Positions 15,742 to 23,793 of a stretch of 64,000 nucleotides of DNA are shown here, piece after piece; the stretch's first letter is position 1; every line of letters starts with the position of its first letter. The stretch is from an uncultured Armatimonadia bacterium. Lineage in GTDB: Bacteria; Armatimonadota; Zipacnadia; CAZGSV01. A program made the translations under genes and the position numbers. The stretch is taken from NCBI GenBank assembly GCA_964528605.1, contig CAZGSV010000007.1, positions 62 through 64,061 on the forward strand, in the 5' to 3' direction. Below the pieces are notes generated by a model. The model did no database searches. It worked only from the letters and a program-made list of their open reading frames with translations, and had not been told where the DNA came from.

Positions 15742-17707
15742 GAGCGCCGCCGCGGACGCCGAGCAGATAATCGTCGGCACCGCAGGCCACATTGACCACG
15801 GCAAGACCGCGCTCGTCAAGGCCCTAACCGGCGTAGACGCCGACACCCTAGCCGAGGAAAAGCGCCGCGGCATCACCATCGAACTCGGCTTCGTCTTCAT
15901 GGAGACGCCCGACCCGCGCAAGCACCTGGTCTTCATTGACGTCCCGGGCCACGAGCGCCTTATCAAGACCATGGTGGCCGGCGCCAGCAGCATTGATGCC
16001 GCTCTGCTCGTGGTCGCCGCAGACGAAGGCGTCAGCGCCCAGACCCGAGAGCATCTCGACATCCTGCGTTTGCTCGAAGTGCCGGCAGGCGTCGTGGCGC
16101 TCACCAAGGCGGACCTGGTTGACGACGAGCGTCTCGCCTTCGTCGCGCAAGAGACCCGTGACTCCCTCGCCGACACCTTCCTCAGCGACGCGCCGATCAT
16201 ACCCGTATCCTCGGTCACGGGCTGCGGCGTCGAGGACATCAGGTCTGCCGTGCTGGCGTTGGCAGACCGCGTGCGCCCGCGGCCCGACAGTGGCATCTTC
16301 CGCATGCCCGTTGACCGCGTCTTCACCATGCACGGCTTCGGCACCGTCATCGCCGGCACCATCCTCTCAGGCTCAGTCGCGGTCGCTGACACCATCGAGT
16401 TGTTCCCCGACGGGATGCTCGCCCATGTGCGCGGCATACAGGTCCACCGCCAGAACACGAAGCGCTCCAACATCGGCAAGCGCACCGCAATCAACCTTCA
16501 GGACATTGAGAAGGAGAGACTGCGGCGTGGCCAGTGCGCCGCGGCACCCGGCTCGCTCACGCCGACGAACCGCCTCGACGTCCGGCTTCGGCTGATGGAG
16601 CATTGCCGTCAAAGCCTGAAGAACCGCGCCAGGCTCCGCCTCCACCTGGGCACGGACGAGGTCATCTGCCGTCTGGCGCTTCTCGACCGCGAAGACTTGG
16701 CGCCCGGTGCCGAAGCGCCGGTGCAACTCGTGCTCGAAAGCCCGACCGTGGCCGTCCGCAGCGAGCGTTTCCTCGTCCGCACCTTCTCGCCGCAAGTGAC
16801 TATCGGTGGTGGCGCCGTGCTCGACCCATTGCCCCCGCGACACAAACGCTTCGACCCGGCAACGGTCGAGGACCTCGCCCGCCTCGACCGCGGCCTCGAA
16901 GAGGCAGTTGAGCAGGCCTTCCTCAAGTCGGGCTTCATCCCTCGGACGCCGCAGCAGGTCGCCCTCGCCCTTGCGGAGCGAGAGGAAGAGGTCACGCCAG
17001 CCGTGGAGGGCCTCTGCCAGGCGCGACGGCTCGTCAAGATCGCCGCAAGTGGCGAGCCAAGTCCGCCCTCGGCCTCACCGCAACAAACGTACCTGCACGC
17101 CGACGCCTTCGCGTCGCTCGGTCAGCGCCTGCTCACCCTCATCGAAGAGTACTACGCGCGGCACCCGTATCGGCTCTTGATGCCGCTCGCGGACCTCCAG
17201 TCGCGCTTCCTCAGATGGGCCGAGCGGCCCCTGTTGGACGCGGCGCTCGCCGACCTGCGCAAAGCCGGGCGCATCTACTCCCAGGAAGGCGCCGTCGGCC
17301 TGAGCGGCTACGAGATACCGCTCAAGCCCTCCGAACGCCAGTTGGCCGAACGCATCGAGGCGGCCTTCAGCGGGGCCGGCCTTGCCGCGCCCCTGGAGGA
17401 GGAAGTGCGCCAGCACCTGGGCGCGCGCCCCGAGACCTTCCAGAGCATCCTCACAGGTTTGATTGACCAAGGGCGCTTGGTTAGACTCAGCGACAAGGTG
17501 ACCTATCACCGAGAGCATCTGGACGCGGCGCGCGCCATGGTGACCGACCACCTCAAGACCCATCAGCGCCTCTCCGTCGCCGAACTACGCGACCAACTCG
17601 GCGTCTCGCGCAAGTACGCCCTCGCGCTCATGGAGTACTTCGACAAGGTCGGCCTCACCCGGCGCGAAGGCGACGCCCACGTCCTCAAGCAGCCAGCGGG
17701 AAGGTGA
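15716..17707 (+). CDS. selB: Selenocysteine-specific translation elongation factor
   Basis: 'GTAGHIDHGKT', 'EEKRRGITIELGF', 'DVPGHE', 'TKAD', C-terminal winged helix 'RDQLGVSRKYALALMEYFD...TRREGD'. Confidence 0.97.
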   Translation: MNRSREAIESAAADAEQIIVGTAGHIDHGKTALVKALTGVDADTLAEEKRRGITIELGFVFMETPDPRKHLVFIDVPGHERLIKTMVAGASSIDAALLVVAADEGVSAQTREHLDILRLLEVPAGVVALTKADLVDDERLAFVAQETRDSLADTFLSDAPIIPVSSVTGCGVEDIRSAVLALADRVRPRPDSGIFRMPVDRVFTMHGFGTVIAGTILSGSVAVADTIELFPDGMLAHVRGIQVHRQNTKRSNIGKRTAINLQDIEKERLRRGQCAAAPGSLTPTNRLDVRLRLMEHCRQSLKNRARLRLHLGTDEVICRLALLDREDLAPGAEAPVQLVLESPTVAVRSERFLVRTFSPQVTIGGGAVLDPLPPRHKRFDPATVEDLARLDRGLEEAVEQAFLKSGFIPRTPQQVALALAEREEEVTPAVEGLCQARRLVKIAASGEPSPPSASPQQTYLHADAFASLGQRLLTLIEEYYARHPYRLLMPLADLQSRFLRWAERPLLDAALADLRKAGRIYSQEGAVGLSGYEIPLKPSERQLAERIEAAFSGAGLAAPLEEEVRQHLGARPETFQSILTGLIDQGRLVRLSDKVTYHREHLDAARAMVTDHLKTHQRLSVAELRDQLGVSRKYALALMEYFDKVGLTRREGDAHVLKQPAGR

Positions 17708-17794
17708 AGGTTCCGGTGAACCTTCTGGACTTCAAACCCAGTATGGGGCTTGGATAAAGTCCCGGGTGGGTTCGACTCCCACACCTTCCCGCCA
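17698..17794 (+). tRNA. selC: tRNA-Sec (anticodon TCA)
   Basis: 8-bp acceptor GGGAAGGT/ACCTTCCC, 6-bp D stem AGGTTC-CGGT-GAACCT, loop CTTCAAA with TCA at 17732-17734, long variable arm GGGGCTT/AAGTCCC, T arm GTGGG-TTCGACT-CCCAC, encoded GCCA end. Confidence 0.97.
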
Positions 17795-17829
17795 GGCCTG
17801 GCGCACGACATCGCCCAGGGGGCACTCTT

Positions 17830-19881
17830 ATGCCTTCGAATGACAGACTACCGCGAGTTTGGGTGCGGCCGGTTGAGCCGGAGGAGTATCCCGGCTTCGA
17901 GGAGCGCCGCCTCAAACCCGTCACCCGCGCCGACCTCGACCAGCAGTTCCACACCGTCGCCCTTCGCGGCTTCAGTTACGACCGCTCGCCCGCCGAGCCT
18001 CCCCACAAGTTCCGCGTCGTCAACCTCAAAGAGACCCTCGATCTCTACACCGTGGAGTACGACTTCGGCCGCGTGGTCTGGCCGATGTGGCCCTTCCTCT
18101 TCGCGGAGAACTGGCGCGAGGTCATCGATGAGTTGTTCGCGCGCCGACTCTACCTCTTCGACATCTGGGCCTACTGCCCCTCTGGCGTCTTCGAGCGCTT
18201 CGAGTGGTCCGAATACCGCGTGCCCGACGAGGTCCACCAGTACATCCTCCGGAAGCTGGGCCCGCGCTTCCTCGGCTACGACAACGGCGAGCAAGACGGG
18301 CGCTACATCGGCGGCTACGCTAAGTCAGTCTGCCCCGCGCCCGCGACTCGCCCGCAGGGGTTCGAGGCCTTCTGCCAGTACTTCCGCCAACTGGGCGACG
18401 ACCTCCAGAATCATCTGACGGCGCTCAACTCCCTCACCTTCTCCCACTACTTCGCCCACCTCGGCAACCACCGCCTGCTCGGCGCCGAGTGCGCCCAAGC
18501 CCTCCCCAGCGTCCCCATGTGGTACGCCTTCATCAGAGGCGCGGGCAGGCAATACGGCATCCTCTGGTTCGGCAACGCCAGTGTGTGGAACCGCTGGGGC
18601 GCTAAGTCGCTGGCCGATCCCAGCGCCGAGGACACCAACGCCCCCGGCTTCTTCTCCGGCCCCACCGCCGGCACCAGCCTCAGTCTCCTGCGCCGCCTCT
18701 GGTACGTGCTGACCATGTACGGCAGCGTCATCATGGGCTACGAAGCGGGGCAACTCGCCAGCGGCACGGTCGAGCGCACCGTCAACGGCCTCACCAAGCA
18801 GGTCCCGGACCTCACCGACATCGGCCGCGAGCATATGAGGGGCGCTCAATGGTGCGCCGATCATCCGGATCGCGGCGTGCAGCACACCCCTGTAGCCCTG
18901 CTCTGGGACTTCTACGCCGGCTGGGCGCCGCCGCGCCACCTCTACACCGGCGACACCTACCTCGTGTGGGGCAACATGCCCTACCAGAAGGGCGACCACC
19001 AGATTGACCTCCTGCTGCGCGAACTCTACCCCGACTACCCCGACGCCGGCTTCTTCCACAACGAGCGCGGCTTCCTCACCGCCACCCCCTGCGGCGACTC
19101 CTTCGATGTCATCCTCTCCAACGCGCCGCGCGAGGTCCTCGACCGCTACGCGTGCATCGTCGCGTTGGGCGAGACCGCTATCGAAGGCGAACTCCTCGAG
19201 AAGCTGTCCTGGTGCCTGCAAAGAGGCGCCCACGTGGTCGCGTGCGCAAACCAACTCTCGCCCGAGGCCGCTGCCCTCTTCGGCGTCACAGTAGGCGACC
19301 AAGGGGAAGCCTACCACGCCGTTATTGCCGACCATCCCTGGCCCATCAACGAGCCCCGCTTCACCTTCCACAGGCTGACCTGTCAGCCCGACGCCGAAGT
19401 GCTCGCCCACACGCGTCAAGGCTCGCCCCTGGTTGTGCGCCGCCAGCACCAAGCCGGCGGCTTCACGCTCCTCTTTGCTGCCGACTTCTTCCTCAGCGAG
19501 CGCCTGCTCTCGCCTGACAAGATCGCGAATGAGGTTGACGAACCGCTGGCCTCTCCCTTCGCGACGCTCGAGCATGCCAAAGCCATCCTCCTTCCCTACC
19601 TGCGCTCCTTCAACCTCGTTACTGTGGACGGCCCCCCCGTGCAGCTCCTCGTCAACGTCAGCTCGCGGACCGACCGACTCCTGGTCACCTTGTGCAACAA
19701 CAGCCCTCAACCCTGGGAGGGTACCGTCCGCCCGAAACGCGCCGGCCTCACCTCCGCGCGCAACTGGATGACGGGCGAGGAAATCCCCGGTAAGGAGTCC
19801 ATCCGCGTGCTCGTTCCGCCCCTCGATGTCGCAGTCGTGGAACTCCTGCTCGACGCCCCGGCATTCGAGGCCCGGCCATGA
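17830..19881 (+). CDS. Hypothetical protein, possibly glycoside-hydrolase-like (TIM barrel + class-I GATase-like C-terminal domain)
   Basis: 683-aa ORF with coding-like codon bias. 'YDNGEQD' and 'LGAECAQ' resemble clan-A acid/base and nucleophile contexts. 'PVALLWD...' C-terminal part is GH42-like. Confidence 0.5.
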   Translation: MPSNDRLPRVWVRPVEPEEYPGFEERRLKPVTRADLDQQFHTVALRGFSYDRSPAEPPHKFRVVNLKETLDLYTVEYDFGRVVWPMWPFLFAENWREVIDELFARRLYLFDIWAYCPSGVFERFEWSEYRVPDEVHQYILRKLGPRFLGYDNGEQDGRYIGGYAKSVCPAPATRPQGFEAFCQYFRQLGDDLQNHLTALNSLTFSHYFAHLGNHRLLGAECAQALPSVPMWYAFIRGAGRQYGILWFGNASVWNRWGAKSLADPSAEDTNAPGFFSGPTAGTSLSLLRRLWYVLTMYGSVIMGYEAGQLASGTVERTVNGLTKQVPDLTDIGREHMRGAQWCADHPDRGVQHTPVALLWDFYAGWAPPRHLYTGDTYLVWGNMPYQKGDHQIDLLLRELYPDYPDAGFFHNERGFLTATPCGDSFDVILSNAPREVLDRYACIVALGETAIEGELLEKLSWCLQRGAHVVACANQLSPEAAALFGVTVGDQGEAYHAVIADHPWPINEPRFTFHRLTCQPDAEVLAHTRQGSPLVVRRQHQAGGFTLLFAADFFLSERLLSPDKIANEVDEPLASPFATLEHAKAILLPYLRSFNLVTVDGPPVQLLVNVSSRTDRLLVTLCNNSPQPWEGTVRPKRAGLTSARNWMTGEEIPGKESIRVLVPPLDVAVVELLLDAPAFEARP

Positions 19882-20750
19882 GAATCAGCCGCCGACAGTT
19901 CATCTCCGCCGGAGGCGCGCTCTTGGGCGCCGCTGCTCTCGGCGTCAGGATCGGCGAGGCTCAGGAAGGAGACGACTCGATGTCACCCGCCATCAACCCC
20001 GAGTACCTCACTGGCTCCGCCGAAGATTGGCCGCTCAACGAACTGGCGAGCCTCGGTTACCGCGGCCTCGAAGTCTCTCCGCAGGCCATGGCCGACCTCG
20101 CGGCCTGGAAGCCCGCCGCCGATCGCGCACGCCTCCGCATCTTGTGCGTGAACGCGCTCCCCGAATTGCGCCCGTACCTGACAGGCAGCCTGTCGGACGC
20201 CGTCGAACGCCGCCGCCGCGACACGCTGCGCCGCCTGCTGGCGACGCTCGAACGTACCCGCCAGGAAGGGATTCCCTTTCTCGTCGTCGCCCCCAGCCGC
20301 CTGGCGGAGAACTACCAGACTCCTGACGAGGCGCGGGCACTCCTCGTGGCCGGCCTCCGAGAACTCGCCTCCGTCGGCGACACAACCATACTCCTCGAAG
20401 GCGCGCCGTTCCGCATGTTCTCCTCCTCTGAGGCGCTCGCCGGCATCGTGGACGAGGTCGCTTGCCCCAATGTGGCCGCGGCCCTCAACGTGGGCCATGC
20501 ACTCCTTAACGGGTCCAATCCTGCAGAGGCGGCCAAGGCGCTGGGCCCACGCCTCCGCTACCTCCAGGCGCACGACGCCGATCTGCGTCCTGGCGTCCCG
20601 CGCCTAGACCGCCACCTGCCGCTCGGCACTGGCATGGCGCAGAAAGAGGACGTGCGCAGCGCCCTGGGCGAACTGCCCTTCGCCGTGACCGTCACGGCTC
20701 CGGCCGATCCCCTCGCGGCCGCCCGCGACGCGCTCGAGTGGCTCTCCTAG
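19878..20750 (+). CDS. Sugar-phosphate isomerase/epimerase (xylose-isomerase-like TIM barrel) with Tat signal
   Basis: 'SRRQFISAGGALLGAAALG' twin-arginine leader; 'ILLEG', 'LNVGH', 'QAHDAD', 'HLPLGTG'. Confidence 0.75.
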   Translation: MRISRRQFISAGGALLGAAALGVRIGEAQEGDDSMSPAINPEYLTGSAEDWPLNELASLGYRGLEVSPQAMADLAAWKPAADRARLRILCVNALPELRPYLTGSLSDAVERRRRDTLRRLLATLERTRQEGIPFLVVAPSRLAENYQTPDEARALLVAGLRELASVGDTTILLEGAPFRMFSSSEALAGIVDEVACPNVAAALNVGHALLNGSNPAEAAKALGPRLRYLQAHDADLRPGVPRLDRHLPLGTGMAQKEDVRSALGELPFAVTVTAPADPLAAARDALEWLS

Positions 20751-20825
20751 CCCGCGCTGATTGCATTGCGCCGCGCAATCGTGTATCCCACTCCCGCGGC
20801 GCATCTCTTACCAGGAGGAACGCAA

Positions 20826-21833
20826 ATGCCAAGCAAGGTCAAACTGGGTTTCATTGGCTCCGGCGGCATCGTCCACGGCCACCTCGAACACGGCCTCAAG
20901 AACTTCCCTGACGTCGTCTTCGCGGGCTGGTGCGACCTCAATGCCCAAACGGCGGAAGCCCGTCGCCAGGAGGTCGGCGGCCACGGCAAGGTCTACACCG
21001 ATGCCGAGAAGATGCTCGACGAGGCCAAGCCTGACGCCGTGTATATCATGCTCCCTCCCTTCGCCCACGGCCCGGCCGAGGACCTGGTCCTCGCCCACAA
21101 ACTCCCGTTCTTCATTGAGAAGCCCGTCGCCATAGATATGAAGACCGCCACCAGAGTCGCCGAGGGCATCAAGAAGCACAAACTCATCACCTCGGTCGGC
21201 TACATGACGCGCTACCGCAATTCCGTCCAGCGCGTTAAGCAACTGCTCGCGAAGCAGACTCCCGTGCTCATGCACGGCGGCTGGATAGGCGGCGGGCCCT
21301 CCAACTACGAGGGCATCTGGGGTTGGTGGGTGCAAAAGGACAAGTCCGGAGGCCAGTTCCTGGAGCAGACCACCCACACCATTGACCTTGCCCGCTATCT
21401 CTACGGCGACGCCGTCAGCGTTTACGCCGTCGCTGTGAAGGGGCGCCGCAAGCGTCCCGACTTCTACACCATCGAGGACGCCTCCATGGTCCAACTCAAG
21501 TTCGCCAACGGCGCCGCGGCCAACCTCTACAGTTCCTGCAGCACCTCCGTGGGCGGCGGTGTCCTCCTTACCCTGTGGGCCACCGACATGAGGGCCGACT
21601 TCACCGGCTGGGAAGCCAGCGTCAAGATCCAACTCCCCGGCGGCGAAGAGATCGTCGTCCCCGGCGAACAGAACATCTTCGCGCGCGAAGACCGTGCCTT
21701 CATTGACTCCGTTAAGGCGGGCAAGAACAAGGGCATCCTCGCCACCTACGAGGAGGACGGCCTTAAGGCCACCGCCATCGCCTGCGCCGCGAACGAGTCC
21801 ATGGCAACCGGCAAGGTGATCCCTCTGGCCTAG
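20826..21833 (+). CDS. Gfo/Idh/MocA family oxidoreductase
   Basis: RBS AGGAGG before ATG 20826. 'LGFIGSGGI', 'LPPFAH', 'FIEKPVA', 'VGYMTRY', 'GGQFLEQTTHTID'. Confidence 0.9.
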   Translation: MPSKVKLGFIGSGGIVHGHLEHGLKNFPDVVFAGWCDLNAQTAEARRQEVGGHGKVYTDAEKMLDEAKPDAVYIMLPPFAHGPAEDLVLAHKLPFFIEKPVAIDMKTATRVAEGIKKHKLITSVGYMTRYRNSVQRVKQLLAKQTPVLMHGGWIGGGPSNYEGIWGWWVQKDKSGGQFLEQTTHTIDLARYLYGDAVSVYAVAVKGRRKRPDFYTIEDASMVQLKFANGAAANLYSSCSTSVGGGVLLTLWATDMRADFTGWEASVKIQLPGGEEIVVPGEQNIFAREDRAFIDSVKAGKNKGILATYEEDGLKATAIACAANESMATGKVIPLA

Positions 21834-21872
21834 TGCCACGCCCGCGTTCCCCAGCGTCCCCTGGTACATAAT

Positions 21873-21906
21873 CTTGCCCCGGATCGAAGCCTCGGCCCGG
21901 GGCAAG
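21873..21906. terminator. Hairpin between convergent genes, possible bidirectional terminator
   Basis: CTTGCCCCGG...CCGGGGCAAG 10-bp outer stem plus an inner stem, between stops at 21833 and 21946; no clear U-tract. Confidence 0.45.
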
Positions 21907-21945
21907 TCGTTCTCCCGACATTCTAGCCAGACGGCCTAAGCGCTG

Positions 21946-23661
21946 CTACCTACGCGCCAGTGCGATCTTCGTCGCCGTCTCTCCGCCGTTGAGCAGATAG
22001 AGCAGCGGCGTCGGCCGGTCGGTGCCCTCAATGTACGCAGGACGCGCCTGCCAAGGCGCGACCGAGAGCACGTTCCCCAAGTCCATCCAGTACTGGAGCC
22101 GCGCAGGCGCCAAGTCCCAGATCATGTGGAAGTGATTGGCGGGCGCGAACTGCTTGTACTCGCCCATGGTCGCGTACTTGGGCACCACAAAGGTGTGCGG
22201 CCAGGTGGGGTTGGAAGTCGCGCAGACTGCATCGGACAGTCTCTTGGGGAGCGACACTGTCGTCGCCTCGTCCCACACGAGCGAGAACATGCCGCTGACC
22301 GAACTATACGCCATCCGCGCCGCGATGCCGTCAATGCCCGCGGGCGACACGAAGGTCACCGAGTTCCCCCCCCCGGGGAAGTAGAATGCGTCGGCCAAGG
22401 GGAGATTGACGTTGGCCATGATCTCCTCGACGCTCGCGCCCGGCTTGGCCGCCCAGTCCAGAGCCGCGCTGCCGGAGTTGTCCCCGTCAACCAAGCCCTT
22501 CTTCCGCCAGAGCGCGTTGGGCTGCACCTTGCCCATGCCAATGCTCTCCGCCTTCGCGCTAATCTCCCACGGCTCCCACACCTTGCGGAAGTCCATGAAC
22601 AGCGGCGGGTTGCCGGCCGTCAGCCAGGTGAACACCAGCATCGTCAGCAACCCCTGCACGTCGGCCTCTGTCGCGTAGGGCATCGGCGCCTTCCTGCCCT
22701 TGTGGTCGAAGGTGGAGTTGAAGAGCGACTCCATCACGTCGGCTACCGGTGACGGCACGCCGCGCAAGTCCGAGCCCCACTCTAACTGGCTCATGAAGCC
22801 GCCACCGACGGCGTTCAGGTCCGCCAGCAAGTCGCGCACGATCAGGTACATCGCCAGGCTCTGATTGCAGCGCTCGCTGTCCGCCTCATCCCGCAACTCA
22901 ATGCGCTTCCCACACAATCTGTCGAGCCACCCGCGCAGCGCCCTCAGTTCCCTCTGGTCATAGGCCCTCTTCGCCAGCATGTCCGCCAGCAGTTTCATGT
23001 CGAGCCGCGTGATCTCGATCCCCAACGCATTGCGGGTCGGGATGATGTGCGCCAGCGCCGTCTCCATGCCCATGCTGTCGTGGCCGAAGATGACCACCCG
23101 CCGCCCTTTGAGCCCCACCTTGGTCACCGCCGCGTAGGCCCAGTCGACCAGCGCCTCCGCCGTCGCCTCCGTCATCACCGGCTTCATCCCGGTGTCCGGC
23201 CAAGTGCCCACGTTGATGTGCACCAGTTTCCCGTACTGGCTGATGGCGCCGCTGGCCGCGTGCGTGAAAACCACGCCCGGCTTGGGCCCGGCGTTGCCGC
23301 AGGTCAGGTTGATCGGCGTGTCCGCCGGAAACTGCGACAGCAGCGAAATCAGCCCCAACTGCGGAAACGCCCAGGTGTCGGGCACGCATACCAGAAGGTT
23401 CACGCCCTCGGCCTGAAACTGCCGGGCCACCATGTCCGCCTGCTTCTCCCCGTCCACGAGAATCGGCGAGTACACCACCCTCACCGCTTTGCCGCCCGGC
23501 AACTTCATCCTATCGGCCAGCATGTCCGCCGCCATCTTGACGATGTTGACGCCGCGGGCGCGCGTCGGCTTATCCACGCGAGGGTCGCCCGTGGCAAACA
23601 CCCCTATGGTCGGGAGGCTGGCTACTGCCGGCTGATCACCAGCAAGTCTCTTTGCATTCAT
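21946..23661 (-). CDS. L-fucose/D-arabinose isomerase-like protein
   Basis: 571 aa. 'ATEADVQG' and 'FMDFRKVW' align with the FucI metal/catalytic Glu and Asp contexts; 'PTWPHTF' and 'ANHFH' are also present. Confidence 0.75.
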   Translation of the reverse strand: MNAKRLAGDQPAVASLPTIGVFATGDPRVDKPTRARGVNIVKMAADMLADRMKLPGGKAVRVVYSPILVDGEKQADMVARQFQAEGVNLLVCVPDTWAFPQLGLISLLSQFPADTPINLTCGNAGPKPGVVFTHAASGAISQYGKLVHINVGTWPDTGMKPVMTEATAEALVDWAYAAVTKVGLKGRRVVIFGHDSMGMETALAHIIPTRNALGIEITRLDMKLLADMLAKRAYDQRELRALRGWLDRLCGKRIELRDEADSERCNQSLAMYLIVRDLLADLNAVGGGFMSQLEWGSDLRGVPSPVADVMESLFNSTFDHKGRKAPMPYATEADVQGLLTMLVFTWLTAGNPPLFMDFRKVWEPWEISAKAESIGMGKVQPNALWRKKGLVDGDNSGSAALDWAAKPGASVEEIMANVNLPLADAFYFPGGGNSVTFVSPAGIDGIAARMAYSSVSGMFSLVWDEATTVSLPKRLSDAVCATSNPTWPHTFVVPKYATMGEYKQFAPANHFHMIWDLAPARLQYWMDLGNVLSVAPWQARPAYIEGTDRPTPLLYLLNGGETATKIALARR

Positions 23662-23793
23662 TCCGCGACGCTCCTTTCTCAGCGCCAGGCGGCGCCACGT
23701 GACAGCGCCAGGGGGCTAGTCTGCACGCTCCCTCGGACCGCCACTCCCCCGGCGTGTCCATCCTCTTTAGCACTTGCGCGGGGCCTCAGGCAA

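Noticed and set aside
17750-18418. 222-aa ORF overlapping selC; selC as an integration site
   Set aside because: The ORF is an off-frame overlap of the tRNA and the 17830 gene. No integrase, att duplication or transposase was seen.
20761-20789. TTGCAT-N17-TATCCC promoter with internal palindrome ATTGCG-CCG-CGCAAT before the oxidoreductase
   Set aside because: The -10 is a poor match and the palindrome occurs only once, so it is too weak to call an operator.
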